A stretch of 64,000 nt of DNA from Podarcis tiliguerta (Eukaryota): NCBI GenBank assembly GCA_965153285.1, contig OZ229114.1, one strand, 5' to 3'. Positions 25,866 to 38,210 of this stretch are shown here, one piece after another (within the stretch, counting starts at the first letter, position 1; each line of letters starts with the position of its first letter). The notes under the pieces are model-generated. The model worked only from the letters and a program-made list of their open reading frames with translations, did no database searches and was not told the DNA's origin. The position numbers and the translations under genes were made by a program.

Positions 25866-26478
25866 CAGTGGTACCTCAGTTACATACGCTTCAGGTTACA
25901 TACGCTTCAGGTTACACACTCCACTAAGCCAGAAATAGTGCTTCAGGTTAAGAACTTTGCTTCAGGATAAGAACAGAAATCGGGCTCCAACGGCACGGCG
26001 GCAGCAGGAGGCCCCATTAGCTACAGTGGTGCTTCAGGTTAAGAACAGTTTCAGGTTAAGAACCGGACTTGCGGAACAAATTACCGCATTTTTCGCTCTA
26101 TAACACGCACCAGACCATAACACGCACGTAGTTTTTAGAGGAGGAAAACAAGAAAAAAAATATTCTAAACAAAATAGTGGATATATGATTTTTGTGGTTC
26201 ATGCTGTGGCCACAGACATGTGATCTGACAGTGAGTTTGGAGTAGCCCAATGCAAAAATCCTGAGGATACATGTGGATCCATGCTTTGTAACCACAGAGG
26301 AGGGAAGGAAGGGGAACCATGGATCCTCTGCTCACGACTGCAGCAGATCCCACCCCCCCGTCACCCGCAGACATTCGCTCCATAACACGCACAGACATTT
26401 CCCCTTACTTTCTAGGAGGAAAAAAGTGAGTGTTATGGTGCAAAAAATACAGTAAGTACTTAACCCAAGGTACCACTG
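25866..26478 (+). mobile_element. Tc1/mariner (Tigger/pogo-like) MITE with a nested insertion
   Basis: TIRs CAGTGGTACCTC / AGGTACCACTG and TA TSD. Same family as 33095, 49965, 55217 and 61754. Confidence 0.9.
26084..26452. mobile_element. TcMar-Tc2-like MITE nested in the Tigger-like MITE
   Basis: TIRs CCGCATTTTTCGCTCTATAACACGCAC / GTGAGTGTTATGGTGCAAAAAATACAG. TA duplicated at 26082-83 and 26453-54. Removing it restores the host ATTAAGTACT seen in the 55217 copy. Confidence 0.85.
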
Positions 26479-26749
26479 TATAACTATGTGCATCATGACA
26501 TGTATCACAATGCAGATGCCATTCCTCAGCATCTGCACTGCCTTCCTTTTCGAAGAGTTGCAAAGATTACCTTGTGAGTAGCAGTGCATATGTATCCCCT
26601 CTTCTTCAAGCAGCAGCAGACTGAGGAAGGATGGCTGCAAGCAGACATGAAAAATATGCAAGAGTGTGAAAGAGGTAGGTCCCCTCCCACATATATCTTT
26701 CATGCTTCCCCCAAAATGGCATCTTTCATAGCAAAGGTAAACCTGTTGA

Positions 26750-26971
26750 CCAATTGCAGTCATTAACAGTCGTCAACAGGTTTACCACACCTATCAGCCA
26801 ATCACCCATTCCTACCACCCTTCTGAGTAATAGCCCTCCCCACCCTCTCACTATATATAATGGTCTGGTGACTTCTGTTTCAGTGTATCTGAAGAAGTGT
26901 GCATGCACACGAAAGCTCCTACCAATAACAAACTTAGTTGGTCTCTAAGGTGCTACTGGAAGGAATTTTTT
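26750..26971 (+). mobile_element. Penelope-like element, pseudo-LTR fragment
   Basis: TATATATAA box, then a CTGAAGAAG...CGAAAGCTC hammerhead-type core and the TTAGTTGGTCTCTAAGGTGCTACTGG end that I recognise from reptile Penelope elements. Confidence 0.8.
26885..26922 (+). ncRNA. Minimal type I hammerhead ribozyme motif (Penelope-associated; probably impaired in this copy)
   Basis: GUAU-CUGAAGA(A)-GUGUGCAUGCACAC-GAAA-GCUC^CUAC. Both conserved boxes are present, helix II is palindromic and helix III is the palindromic AGCU. Helix I has a U-C mismatch next to the cleavage site. Confidence 0.7.
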
Positions 26972-28199
26972 CATTCATTTATAGTACTCATAACTCACAT
27001 CTTTGTCCATAACAAAATGCATAAGCAACTGTGAAACATATTAAAAGATCATTACAAACACAATCCCAATGAAACATGGTAATGATGGTAACCAGAAAAC
27101 CAAATGAAATTAAAAATTAATGCAATGCAAAACACACATGCAAACAAATTTTCAGCAAAAAAACTAAAGGCCTTCTGGAATAAATCCACAAAATGGGGGC
27201 ACCACTGAAGTGAAAAGCCCTCAGCTTTGATAGCCATTCATTTCAACTCCAGAGGAAGATGGGGCTCAGAGCAGTATCTTGTAAAATGGCTGAAGGAAGA
27301 GTAATATGAGGCAGTCCCTTACTATCTTGCTTGCTTTGTGAATCACAGATTTTGTGTGCCACAGATTCTATCAAATTTATTACAGTATTTAGATTATTGA
27401 CTCATTTGTTGTTGTTGTTTTTTTTTTGCATAGAACCCGTTGCATACAATTATGTCCATATCAGTGACATCCCATTTGTTCTGCCTGAGCCAAAACAGCA
27501 GCCCTTTTCGATCTGCCTATAATCAATAAGCGGCATTGTACTGTACTGTCATGTTTCCTCTGATTTGGAACTGCAGCTGTTCACAAATTTGCACTTGGAA
27601 TATATCTTTCCTACTCCCTTTGGCAACAGTTTGCATTCCAGTGCTTCTGTTCCAGGCCTCCTGTCACTGAAAAGATTAACACTATACAGGCATGCCACAC
27701 TAGCCACGTCCCTTTCCTCCCTTCTGGTTCATACTGCACTGCAGAGCCATGTTAAACTGAAGTGGATTTAACTGGCCACTCAGCTTGATGAACGGACCTG
27801 GTGTGTTCCAAGTGTAGGTCACCTGGGATGTACCATTTAAACTTCTGTTTACACAGTTTGAGATGTGGGAGGATGGGAGCTGGTTCTCTTGTCTTGTTTA
27901 AGGGTGAACAATTTGCCACCCAGATGGCTGGGCAGTGTAGCATCTAAGCAAAACATGGACAGTTTCCCTGGAAGCAAAGGGATGTTTTCAGCTGAGACAA
28001 AAAAGAAACATGAAAAAGAAAAGGACAGCAGTCAAGCATTTGACAACACAATCAAACACACATCAGATGTGTAATACATATAGGAAAAATCAGTTCTCAA
28101 GACCAATGTGAAAATAATAAAATAATACCGAAATTATTCTTCTCCTCTCCTTCTTCCACTCCTCCCATGTCCTCTCCCCTTCAATCAATATTTCTAATG

Positions 28200-28505
28200 T
28201 CCTAGGGCTAATTAACATACAAAATAAAAAACAGTTTAAAACAAATTACAATCACAAACTAGGGCAAGTCCTAAAATATGTCTCTATCTGTCCATCTATC
28301 TCAAGTTTCAAAGGGCGGGGTATAGAAGTGCATATTCAGCATCTGACCAAAACAGCAGAGTGAAGGTGCCAGTTGCACCTCGGTGGCAGAGAATTCCATA
28401 GTTTAGGGGCTGCCACAGAGAATGCCCTCTCCCAGGTCCCTGCTCCCATACTTCTCAGGGCAGTGGAACTACCTAGAGGGCCCCCTCTACTGATCTGATG
28501 TGCAG
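28200..28505 (-). mobile_element. L2 LINE 3' fragment
   Basis: The minus strand reads RAFSVAAPKLWNSLP, the L2 C-terminal motif. Confidence 0.8.
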
Positions 28506-28694
28506 GATATAGATGACTGCGCTCAGCAATGGGGTTTAAAAAATAATGATGCCAAGACTGTATGTGAAGGAGTTGGGAGATGTTGAATGGTTCGTGTAAC
28601 ACAAAGCTGGCTATGAAGACAATGCTGGCCCCACAGTCCTACATTTTAGCCACCTAGAAGTCTACACGTGGCCCTTGTCAGCAATCTTTCTAAA

Positions 28695-28696
<2 letters not shown>

Positions 28697-28743
<47 letters not shown>
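28697..28743. repeat. (TAG)n microsatellite
   Basis: Read directly from the sequence. Confidence 0.95.
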
Positions 28744-28744
<1 letters not shown>

Positions 28745-31700
28745 TGGGTCATATTTTGAAATGAGCAAGGGCCAAAGAGCCATCCATATTGGCTCTATCC
28801 ACTGGAGGCCTCAAGCCAAGATGGAGGTAAAGTGCATGGCTGCCAAGAGTCTTTGGAAGAGTCTTTTCATTTCAAGCACCTCAGCTATTCAATCCCCCAG
28901 TTGCTTATGTTTTGGTTCATGAAAGAGTTGGAGCAGTTTAAGAGAACAAGGGTGAACTTTGACAGCAGCACCAGGAAAAAGATTGGCCCTACCATGACAA
29001 CTGACATATCAAGCAGCTGATTATGGGTATCATGAAAAAGCAACAAATGGTGACTTAGTTTAGTATTACAATATTTTTGCTGGTACAACCACGGGGCTTA
29101 CACCAGTTTCACAATGCCTCAAAACATAATGCTTTTCAGTGGACTCAGATGACACATATACCTTTATCCATGTTGCACTCAAATTGCAAGGGAGCTCTAG
29201 GGAATGAAATGCCTGCACTCCTAGTGAAGATCAAGCTACTTACTACACAAAATGATGGGATTGCTTTGTCTTTAAAGAAATGGACTTCTCTTTATTAGCT
29301 CTTGATGGTGGAGCTGCTTCTCTCCTGCCCCTTCACCCTCTTCACTGGCATGCAAATTAAGTTGGAGAATAACTCTGCATTAATCCCTCATGACCTCCTA
29401 TACAAGGCCATTTTCTTTTGAAAAGAGGATTGGTCCTGAGCACCCACAGAGTCTTCCCATGCAATTTATGAACTACCCTCAAGCACTGCTGACAGCCTGA
29501 TACATGGGTCAGCAGCACATCAGTTTTTCTTGGTGAATTATTAAGCTATTAACTCTATAGCTTTCTCAGCTTTAAAAAGTGCACTTTTGCTGTGCACACA
29601 GAGGATGAATAGCCTCAATAAATTCCATTAGGCTAAGGAACAATAAGAATAGCAGAGTGTTGACTTTAGGAAAATGAATGCAGCCCAGGGATTTGTAGCA
29701 TTGCATGGTACTCTCTTTTCTTTAGGTGGTTTGGGAACTTGTTCTCTCTCTCTCTCTCAGGAGGCATCTGCAGTGAAGTTTAATTTCTACATTTGCTTCT
29801 AGATTAGCACATGACTTGAAGCAACCTAACCACCCTAACAGGGATGAAGCAACCTAACAGGGATGAAGGCAAAAAAGCACTTGGCCTTCTTTGCCCTCGC
29901 TTCCATACTTCCCAGAATCTGATTGACTGGGGCAACTCCAAAAACACTACGGGGAGAAGGTGCAGCTCACTGGCTATTCAAGTAAGGCAAGCCCACCATG
30001 AAAATTTATTAGAAAGTCTCCCTTCTCCCTATAAATGGACAGAAATTCTCTGTCCATTTTTACAGGTGGAGAATGGTATTATGAAAGGTGAGAGGGAACT
30101 TCAGGCCAGCCTTTGAGAGAAGATGAAGAACATCGTAACTATTTATTTTAGTCTTCTCAACTGATAAGAAAGGAGCCACTTCTGCTGATTGTAACTTCAT
30201 CTTTGCTATAAAAAACCCTCTCAAAACTTTCTATTCTGATTTTAAAACAAATGCTAGCTACCTCTCATTTTCATAGATATGAATAAACGATGCAAATATA
30301 TATGCCTATCAATTCATTGAAAAAGTCTATGGCTGTAGATTTTAAATTCTTGTTTTCCAATTTAGCATGTTTTAATTTTATGCAATTATTCAGTGCAGTA
30401 TGTCAAAATCTCTACTCCTGCTGCTAAAGATGAGTGTCCTACCTATGAGTAAATGTAGGAATTGGACTTATCTCAGATCTGTGCCTCTGGACAGGAGACC
30501 ATATGCAAACTGCATAAGCATGCCAGTGCCTCAAATTAGACTTCCTAAAGAATAACAACTTTAGTTCCTCTGCCTCACTCTGGGAAATAAATCTTTTAGA
30601 AGATTTGGGGATAGAAGATTGTCAGTTGTTGCTCTTTCCAGACTGCAACTTCCTTGTATTCTGCACCCAAATATGATATTAGCATCAAATGGCTTTTTGT
30701 TTACTACTCAGTGGAAGAAAGGCAGAATCCCAGAAGTTTTGTATTTTTTACTGCTGTTTTGCCTCTTATTTAGAAATCAGTCATCATCAGTGAAACTTAG
30801 AGAGATTAGTATGGATGAAGACCTTGCATTGCCACTGCTCATCTAAGTCGTGCACTTACAGACTCTCTTGATGAAGTCTCCCTTCCCTCCATGAATATTT
30901 TTTCTTCATCCAAGAATATTACTCGGAACACCTCATGTGCAGTGTGATTACTGAACACACTGCAGTTTAGTTCTGCTCAAAGAACCATAATTGGATATAT
31001 CAAGTTTTCTACTTAAGAAATCAGTCTTGAATCTTCACCGTTCACCAATTTGTCCCACTGATAACTTACTTGTTAAAAGCAATCAGTGGCACACCTCAGT
31101 GGGTGCTTCCCCCTACCTTATTTCTCTCTCAGCTGGCTACAAATGTTCTCACCCCCTGAGCTTTTTATGATATGTGTGTAGCAGAGATGCAGCATGCCTG
31201 GCCTCATCAGATTTTCCAGGCTGCTGTGCTTCAAGACTAAAGGTCAACAACAAACCAAAGCCCCTTGGGCCAGATACCCAGGGATTACTCAGTCAAAGCA
31301 CATCACACTTTCTCCTGCTTAGAGAAGATGGTAGAAGAATCCCACCTCCCCACCCTGCACTGTGTGCATGGAATTCTCTCTACACATTATTGCAATCTCT
31401 GTAAATTCAAGGCCACATCCTAGGAAGACAGAGTCAAAAGTTCTTATGTGATTTTTTTTTTGGGGGGGGGGGAGTCTTCGGACAAATAGCACTCACTCCA
31501 GTTGCGATTCCCCAAAACGAAAGTCATACTTTCTCCAACCTAGGTATTATCCTCTATGAATGGCTAGTAGGCATTATCTTCTATGAATTTGTCCAATAGT
31601 TGCCATCAGTGGGCAAAGCTGATAAGATCAGAGATGCATCTGACCCAGAAATTTGCCTATCAAGGTAAATGTGGAATTTTCTGCTCAGAAAAAAAAAATC

Positions 31701-32084
31701 CAAAGGGTGTCAAGGGCAACAAAAAAGAGTTTCATTTAGACTAAATTGCATTTATCTGGATAATTCATCTCATTCCTATAAGCCCCTCCATATGTGGAAG
31801 CCTATTTCTGCACAAGGAAACATCTATTGGATCCTAACTTATATTTTATTGAAAGAATTTATTTTTTTTACTTTATTAAAGGCATTTTCAATCTATTTTC
31901 CTTTGACTAGAAAATAAAATTAATTTTAGAAGAGACTCAATAGCTCTAGGGCTACAGTGACTTTCACAACACAAGTATTGATTCTTCAGGGGAAAAAATT
32001 AAATAAAACTGCAACAAAAGGGCAAAGTAGTTTCCTGACATCTACAGCTGAACATGCCATTGCAACTGAATAGACTGTAGATAT

Positions 32085-32086
32085 GT

Positions 32087-32118
<32 letters not shown>
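32085..32118. repeat. (TG)n microsatellite
   Basis: Read directly from the sequence. Confidence 0.95.
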
Positions 32119-33094
32119 ATGCATATGCTTTGCTTTGTGGGGGTCTTTATCTTGTAAAATAAATTAAAATGTTATGATTGCATTTTTTATGCTTATGTTA
32201 CTCATTGTTTAGGGTATGAAAGCACAGAGATCTCAACTCAACTAAAAGTAAAGTACAACTAGTCACCCATAGCAACTATTGGCCCTAGATGTGTGATCCT
32301 ATCGGCATCACAAGCTGTATTCAGAGTGGGGACTGAATGAGCATAATGATGCAATTTGGATGCACTAGGGTAGCCACCCATCACAAAAAAAGAAGACACA
32401 GATTTGCAAACAAGTTGCATGTTCAGTTATTTATATTTTGTGTCATTCCTGAAGTTTCTGCACTGTGTACCTAAAAACTATGGAAAGCAAGAAAGCATAT
32501 ATATTGCATAAAATCAGTTAAAATTAATCATTAATGAAACTTCCTTAAAATGCCTTGTCTCCCTTATTAAGGGTTCTGAATCCTTAAACTGGCTTTGTAT
32601 AAGACAGACCTTCAAACAAAAGATGCCTCCAAATAAAGCGGGGATGGAAAGAAGGTAGATCAGAATCTACTTGAAGAACTCTGGATGATTCGCAGTTGAT
32701 CAGCAAAGTATTCTGAGCGTCACTTCTTCCACAGCAGATGCTGTTGAGATGAGGAAAGCTTGGGGTGAGGAAAACTAGGCATGGGTTTTATGGGATAGGA
32801 TTTTGAGCTCACAGTCCTGTACTGAAAAAAAGAAGTTTGGGCTTCTTGGAGGAACTGGACATGGAGAAAGAGGTTAATTTCATTCATGGACCCATATGTA
32901 TGAGATGTATGAGATAAACCAACAGGGGAAAGGTCAGCCATAACAATGGTCCAGTGATTAAGGCATGTTAGCTCATGTCTGTGAGTCCATGAGTCAGAGT
33001 TTGTGTTAAGTCTTGAATTGCTGTTGCAACAGACATGCTTTTGACATATATATCTGTATCTGTATCTGCAAAACCTACAAGCTGTATGTATATA

Positions 33095-33336
33095 CAGTAG
33101 TAACTCTGGTTAAGAACTTAATTCGTTCCGGAGGTCTCTTCTTAACCAGAAACTGTTCTTAACCTGAGCTATCATTTTAGCTAATGGGGCGTCCTGCTGC
33201 TGCCACGCCGCCAACGCACAATTTCTGTTCTTATTCTGAAGTAAAGTTCTTAACCCGAGGTACTACTTCCGGGTTAGCGGAGTCTGTAACCTGAAGCGTT
33301 TGTAACCCGAAGCGTTTGTAACCCGAGGTACCACTG
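33095..33336 (-). mobile_element. Tigger/pogo-like MITE
   Basis: TIRs CAGTAGTAACTC (degenerate) / GAGGTACCACTG and TA TSD. Reverse orientation relative to the 25866 copy. Confidence 0.9.
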
Positions 33337-36300
33337 TATCCAGAACTGTATTACTGAAGCCTGATCTTCTGCAGCAATGAACTGTTTTATACCTTAAGCA
33401 GCCGCTGTGTGGTGACTGGAACCAGGAGCAACTTCCACTTTGTGGCTATCTCACCTCAGATCCCCAACAGGGCTGAGCTCAGAGGCAGCCCACTTCTTAG
33501 TTCTGTGTCCTGAACTTCCACATGCCACAATTTTGCACATGACTCTGGGTGGTAGACCTTGGTGTTCAAATCACAAAACCAACATATATCCTGCAAGTTT
33601 GAAATCTGCCTACCCTGGAAACAGAGGACTGGTCAGCCCTTCAAAGAGTGCATTGTCCTCTGTGAAATAGGACACATGGCAACCCAGGTTTACACCCACA
33701 TCAGATAGTAGACTTTGCTGTTGGATTCAGTAGATTTTCCTTAAGACAATTCTTTAAGGATTGTTGCTTTTTAAAAAACGATGTTAAAGTCACTCAACAA
33801 TAAACTACTGTTTCCAGCAAAAGATTGTACAAGGAAATGAAATATCTCTGTACAAACCGCATGCATAAACAGGAGGGAGCATTTCCTCCCCTCTTTTGTG
33901 AGATCCTGCTCACCTTTCATCCACAAAACATTTCAAGCTCCATTTCCTCCAAAATGCTGATAACTACCATTACCTGAACTAATTGAGAATCATTATCTGC
34001 TGCTCTAACTAAAGGCCTCCTGTGATCTCTAAACCTCCTTTAATGTCTTCATGAGAAACAGCACACAGAGGAGGCAACTGGAGGGTAGAAGGAACTGACA
34101 GCTAAAAATACGGATGACACCCAGGGGATATTATTTAATTCATCATTACAGAACAGTATGACTGGGCCTTTATGGCATCATCTTCAAAATATATGGAAAC
34201 TACAAACATTGTCTCAGAGAGTGAGAGTGAGGAGCAGGGCAAAACTCCCTGCCTCTTCAACAAGTATGGTTCTGTTTAAGCATGTTAAGACAGACACTGG
34301 GACACTTTGTATGTTTTTCGGAGTACAGCTAAGAGATTTTATGGGTGAGCCTAAAAAATGTTAAAATGATGCAAGCATGAGTTCTGAAAATGCATGCATC
34401 ATGCAGGTACAGAACTCCCAAAATCATGATTGGCTGCAGCTCTCTTGCTGGAGATAAACACATTATATATTTTATTTATGCATATCTGATTCTGAACATG
34501 GCAGCTGTGTTCTAGTGCCACAGATGATAGGATCAACTCAGAAAGACAGCAGCCTCAAGGAGCTATATTTTTAAAAGTGAGCAACCTTTTTGGTCCATGG
34601 TCCACTTGTGGAGGTGGATTGCTCCTCGGAGGCCATGTGGCCAATACTGGTGGGTGGGTGGAGCCATTTACACACAGTAATTGACATACATCTAACACAG
34701 AGAGACAGAGATCCTTTCCTCTCACACTAACACACGACTATTGGAGAAAAGCAAATACATTTCCTTCTCTTAAGCTTCCAGTTAATGCATGTGTTACTTT
34801 AAACCACACAAGGGCACTGTTTGTCCACTCCAAAAAATGGAGCCATTTTGTTTGTTGCTCTCTCCAGACAATATGTGATATTTTCTCTGTCTCATTTCCA
34901 CTCCTCCTGTAAATAGTTCCTACATGAATAAAGCCTCTGAACTCCAGAAGCTAAGTGATTGTTCCAATCTAATTCACCCAAGCTAAAGGTCAGCTGACAT
35001 AATCAGAGTGAATGCAAGCATGCATGCACATATGAACTATTTTGCTGGAGGGCATTTTTTTTTTTTACAAGGGAGGAGGGATCCACTCACCATGCTCCAC
35101 CTCCACTCCAGTGGTCTGCTGCCAATCTTATTGTTAGAAATGTGGCTTGTGCATACTTTTTTTTTTTTTTTTTTTTACTTTGAAGCAGGCCCTTTAGGGA
35201 CAGAAGATACAATTTATGGGGCAGATTTGGCCCAGGTGATATAAGTTGCTGTCCGCCAGTTTTCAGAGACATGAGGGTCTTTGGGGTAGCCACAATCATC
35301 AAATCACAAAGAATGAACTCATGTCTCATGATTCCTTCTACTGCTGCATGAAGAAATGTGACAAATGTCATTTCTTGTCAAGCCATCAGACTAAGTATTT
35401 TACGCAGATAGCTTGCAGCTGTTGCCCTTCTTATATCAATATAGATTTTTACTGACAGCTAAAAAAAACCCAACGAAACCTTACCGTGTGTTCAGAGTCA
35501 ATGAAACCTTCAATATCTGCTTGAAAGTCCTTTCTTCCTCCTTTTGAATATTATTTGGTATCCTTTGCCTTCACATAAAACCAAACACCATGAAGCTCAA
35601 AAACATTCAAGTGAAATGCACTGAGCATCAATATTGTAACTGGGCCCAGGATGGGGCCAAGAGTGAATAATCCTTTCCTGGCACCAAATCAAATGAAGCT
35701 GGGTAGGAAGAAGGAGGAATTTGCCTTCCTATCTCTTCTCCGTTGTGCAAGGAAGAAAGGTCAGTGATTACAAATGAAATGATGCAATTAGACACTTCAA
35801 GGGGTATCATTTTCACTTGATTTTTATCCTCAGCCAAAGCTACCATTCTATCATATCCTCCATATGAACCTATATAATGGGGACACTTCCAATTTTCTCT
35901 GTGTGCACAATACTTACTGGTACTGTTGACCTTGATAGCAGTATTTCAGCATTTTACACTTCTGTTTCAGCTACAGTGGGGAAGAGCAGTTAAAAGGAAA
36001 AGAGGGATAAAGTGCCACTGGTGTATTAGATCAGAGCAATGTACTTATGGCTATTCAGGGATAAGATGCATGTTTATATCAAACAAGTGAAAGGGTGTTT
36101 TATGTTAATGTGACTGACACAGTTAAAATACCAAGTAAGGGAGAGTCACGATTCACTTAAATCTCAACCAGGTCAAAGGTTTAACTGAAGGAATAACACC
36201 ATCCAGGTCTCTATCATCGTATAAGATGAATGATCAGTGGAGCAGAATGTATCATATAAGAAAAGATAACTGTTTGGACCAAAGGCTAAACATATAACAC

Positions 36301-36555
36301 AAAGGAGAGAATTGTCAGGAAGTCTAAAACTTGAACTGGGATCGAACCTTTCATTGAGGCTGGAAGCCTGTGACGAAGGGTCAAAGTAGGTGTGGTGCTA
36401 AATGTATCAGCAATCTTTTTTATTTTATTTTAAAGTAGCAATAGCAGATGGAGGGGCAGTTTTCATTGGGGCAACAGGAAATGGGTTTAATCTCTTCCTC
36501 TCTGCTGCCATCCAGACAAAAAATTGTCCTATTGGAGCAATTCCATGGGCCTTTT

Positions 36556-36880
36556 GAAGTAAAGTTACAGGGAACCAGCCAAAGGGCCTTCTTGGTAGTG
36601 GCACCCACCCTGTGGAATGCCCTCCCACCAGATGCCAAACAGTTAAACAACTATATGGGTTTTAGAAGACATCTGAAGGCAGGCCTATACAGGGAAGTTT
36701 TTAATGTTTGAGGGTTTTATGTTCTCGAAGCTACGAACATGAATTTGACCAAACTGCGGGAGGCAGTGGAAGACAGGAGTGCCTGGCATGCTCTGCTCCA
36801 TGGGATCATGAAGAGTCTGACACGACTAAATAACTAAACAACAACAACAACATTTTATTGGGAGTTGCCCAGAGTAGCTG
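36556..36880 (+). mobile_element. L2 LINE 3' fragment, interrupted by BovB
   Basis: Reads RAFLVVAPTLWNALP...FRRHLKA. The 3' UTR resumes after 36858 (GGGAGTTGCCCAGAGT). Confidence 0.85.
36721..36852 (+). mobile_element. BovB (RTE) LINE extreme 3' end
   Basis: AAACTGCGGGAGGCAGTGGAAGACAGGAGTGCCTGG...CCATGGG.TCA.GAAGAGTC.GACACGACT followed by a (CAA)n tail. TSD TTTTAT at 36715-36720 and 36853-36858. Confidence 0.85.
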
Positions 36881-36963
36881 TCATTCTTACTAAAATGGTA
36901 TTGGAGCCCCCATGGAATGTTTTAATTGAATAATAAAGTAATAATTAATAATTAATACTATTA

Positions 36964-37130
36964 CAGTGGTGCCTCGCAAGACAAAAAGAATCCGTTCCGT
37001 GAGTCTCTTCGTCTAGCGGTTTTTTCGTCTTGCGAAGCAACCCCATTAGCGGATTAGCGCTATTAGCGGTTTAGCGGCTATTAGCGGCTATTAAAGGCTC
37101 AAGGGATTAGCGGATTAGCTGCTAAAAGGC
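36964..37130 (+). mobile_element. Tigger-like MITE, left half, with internal (TTAGCGG)-type tandem repeats
   Basis: TA followed by the TIR CAGTGGTGCCTCGCAAGAC. No closing TIR in the expected orientation. Confidence 0.75.
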
Positions 37131-37697
37131 TATTTAGATCAGTCTTGGTCAATCCAGAGGCTTTGTTGGAACACTGAGTTCCTCTCGTAGAGGGGATTGG
37201 CTGGGGGGGTGTCACAGGGAAAGGTGTAAGGGGATAACCTTTTATGTAACTCTCACTGAGTAACAATGAAGAAAGTGAAGGCAACTCAGTTGCCCTGCTT
37301 CTTCCCCACCCCTTTTCTTTACAGTTTGTAAAAGGCAGTGTTGGGTTTGTTATAAGCAAAGTTTGTCAGGTAATGAAAGAAATCTATGTTAAAGAAGTCA
37401 AGCTTCCAATGATCATCATTCCTGTTAAAAAGACCTTGGCTGTTGCAATAAGCTATATATGTTTCACATTCCTCTTTCCATCTGTGCACGAATAGAGCTC
37501 CTATGCCAAGACAAGGGGAAGCAACCATAGCTTATTGGCATGGCCGAAATCTTGCAGGCATGGGAGCCTAATTCAATTGCTGGCACCTCCTGCAAAAAAA
37601 ATTCAGGTACTGCACCCTATTCTCAGGTCCCAGGAACTGTTTTGCTAAGGGCCAAATTCGATGTGATAACTCACCTGCAATCAAGTGAATAATAATA

Positions 37698-37873
37698 CAG
37701 TGGTGCCCCGCAAGACGAATGCCTCGCAAGACGGAAAACCCGCTAGACGAAAGGCTTTTCTGTTTTGGAGGTGCTTCGCAGGACGAATTTGCTATGGGCT
37801 TGCTTTGCAAGACGAAAATGTCTTGCGATTCCTGGGGGGTCCCCACCCCCTTTTTCTAAGGCACTAAGCACTA
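37698..37873 (-). mobile_element. Tigger-like MITE, other half, inverted
   Basis: TA followed by the TIR CAGTGGTGCCCCGCAAGAC, pointing the same way as the TIR at 36964. Ends in GCACTAAG units, complementary in sense to the TTAGC units of the left half. Confidence 0.7.
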
Positions 37874-38210
37874 AGGAGTGTCTCCACCCCCATCGTTCTG
37901 CCCAGACATTGAGGTCCAGCTCCGAGCGCCTTCTGGTGGTTCCCTCACTGTGAGAAGTGAGGTTACAAGGAACCAGACAGAGGGCCTTCTTGGTGGTGGC
38001 GCCTGCCCTGTGGAACACCCATCAGATGTCAAGGAAATAAACAACTATCTGACTTTTAGAAGACATCCGAAGGCAGCCCTGTTTAGGGAAGCTTTTAATG
38101 TTTGATGTTTTATTCTGTTTTTAATTTGTTGGGAGCCACCCAGAGTGGTTGGGGAAACCCAGCCAGATGGGCGGGGTATAAATAATAAATTTACTACTAC
38201 TACTACTACT
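37873..38210 (+). mobile_element. L2 LINE 3' fragment with tail
   Basis: Reads KECLHPHRSAQTLRSSSE..., AGGGCCTTCTTGGTGGTGGC and FRRHPKAALF. 3' UTR GGGCGGGGTATAAATAATAAA and a (TAC)n tail. Confidence 0.88.

Noticed and set aside
37045-37125. Short tandem units (ATTAGCGG) superficially like a CRISPR or telomeric array
   Set aside because: No spacers and not TTAGGG; it is an internal minisatellite of the Tigger-like MITE.
37366-37420. Minus-strand ATGATGA...CTGA pair suggesting a C/D snoRNA; also the 69-aa ORF at 37319-37528
   Set aside because: No terminal stem, short box spacing and no recognisable guide sequence. The peptide has no recognisable family motif.
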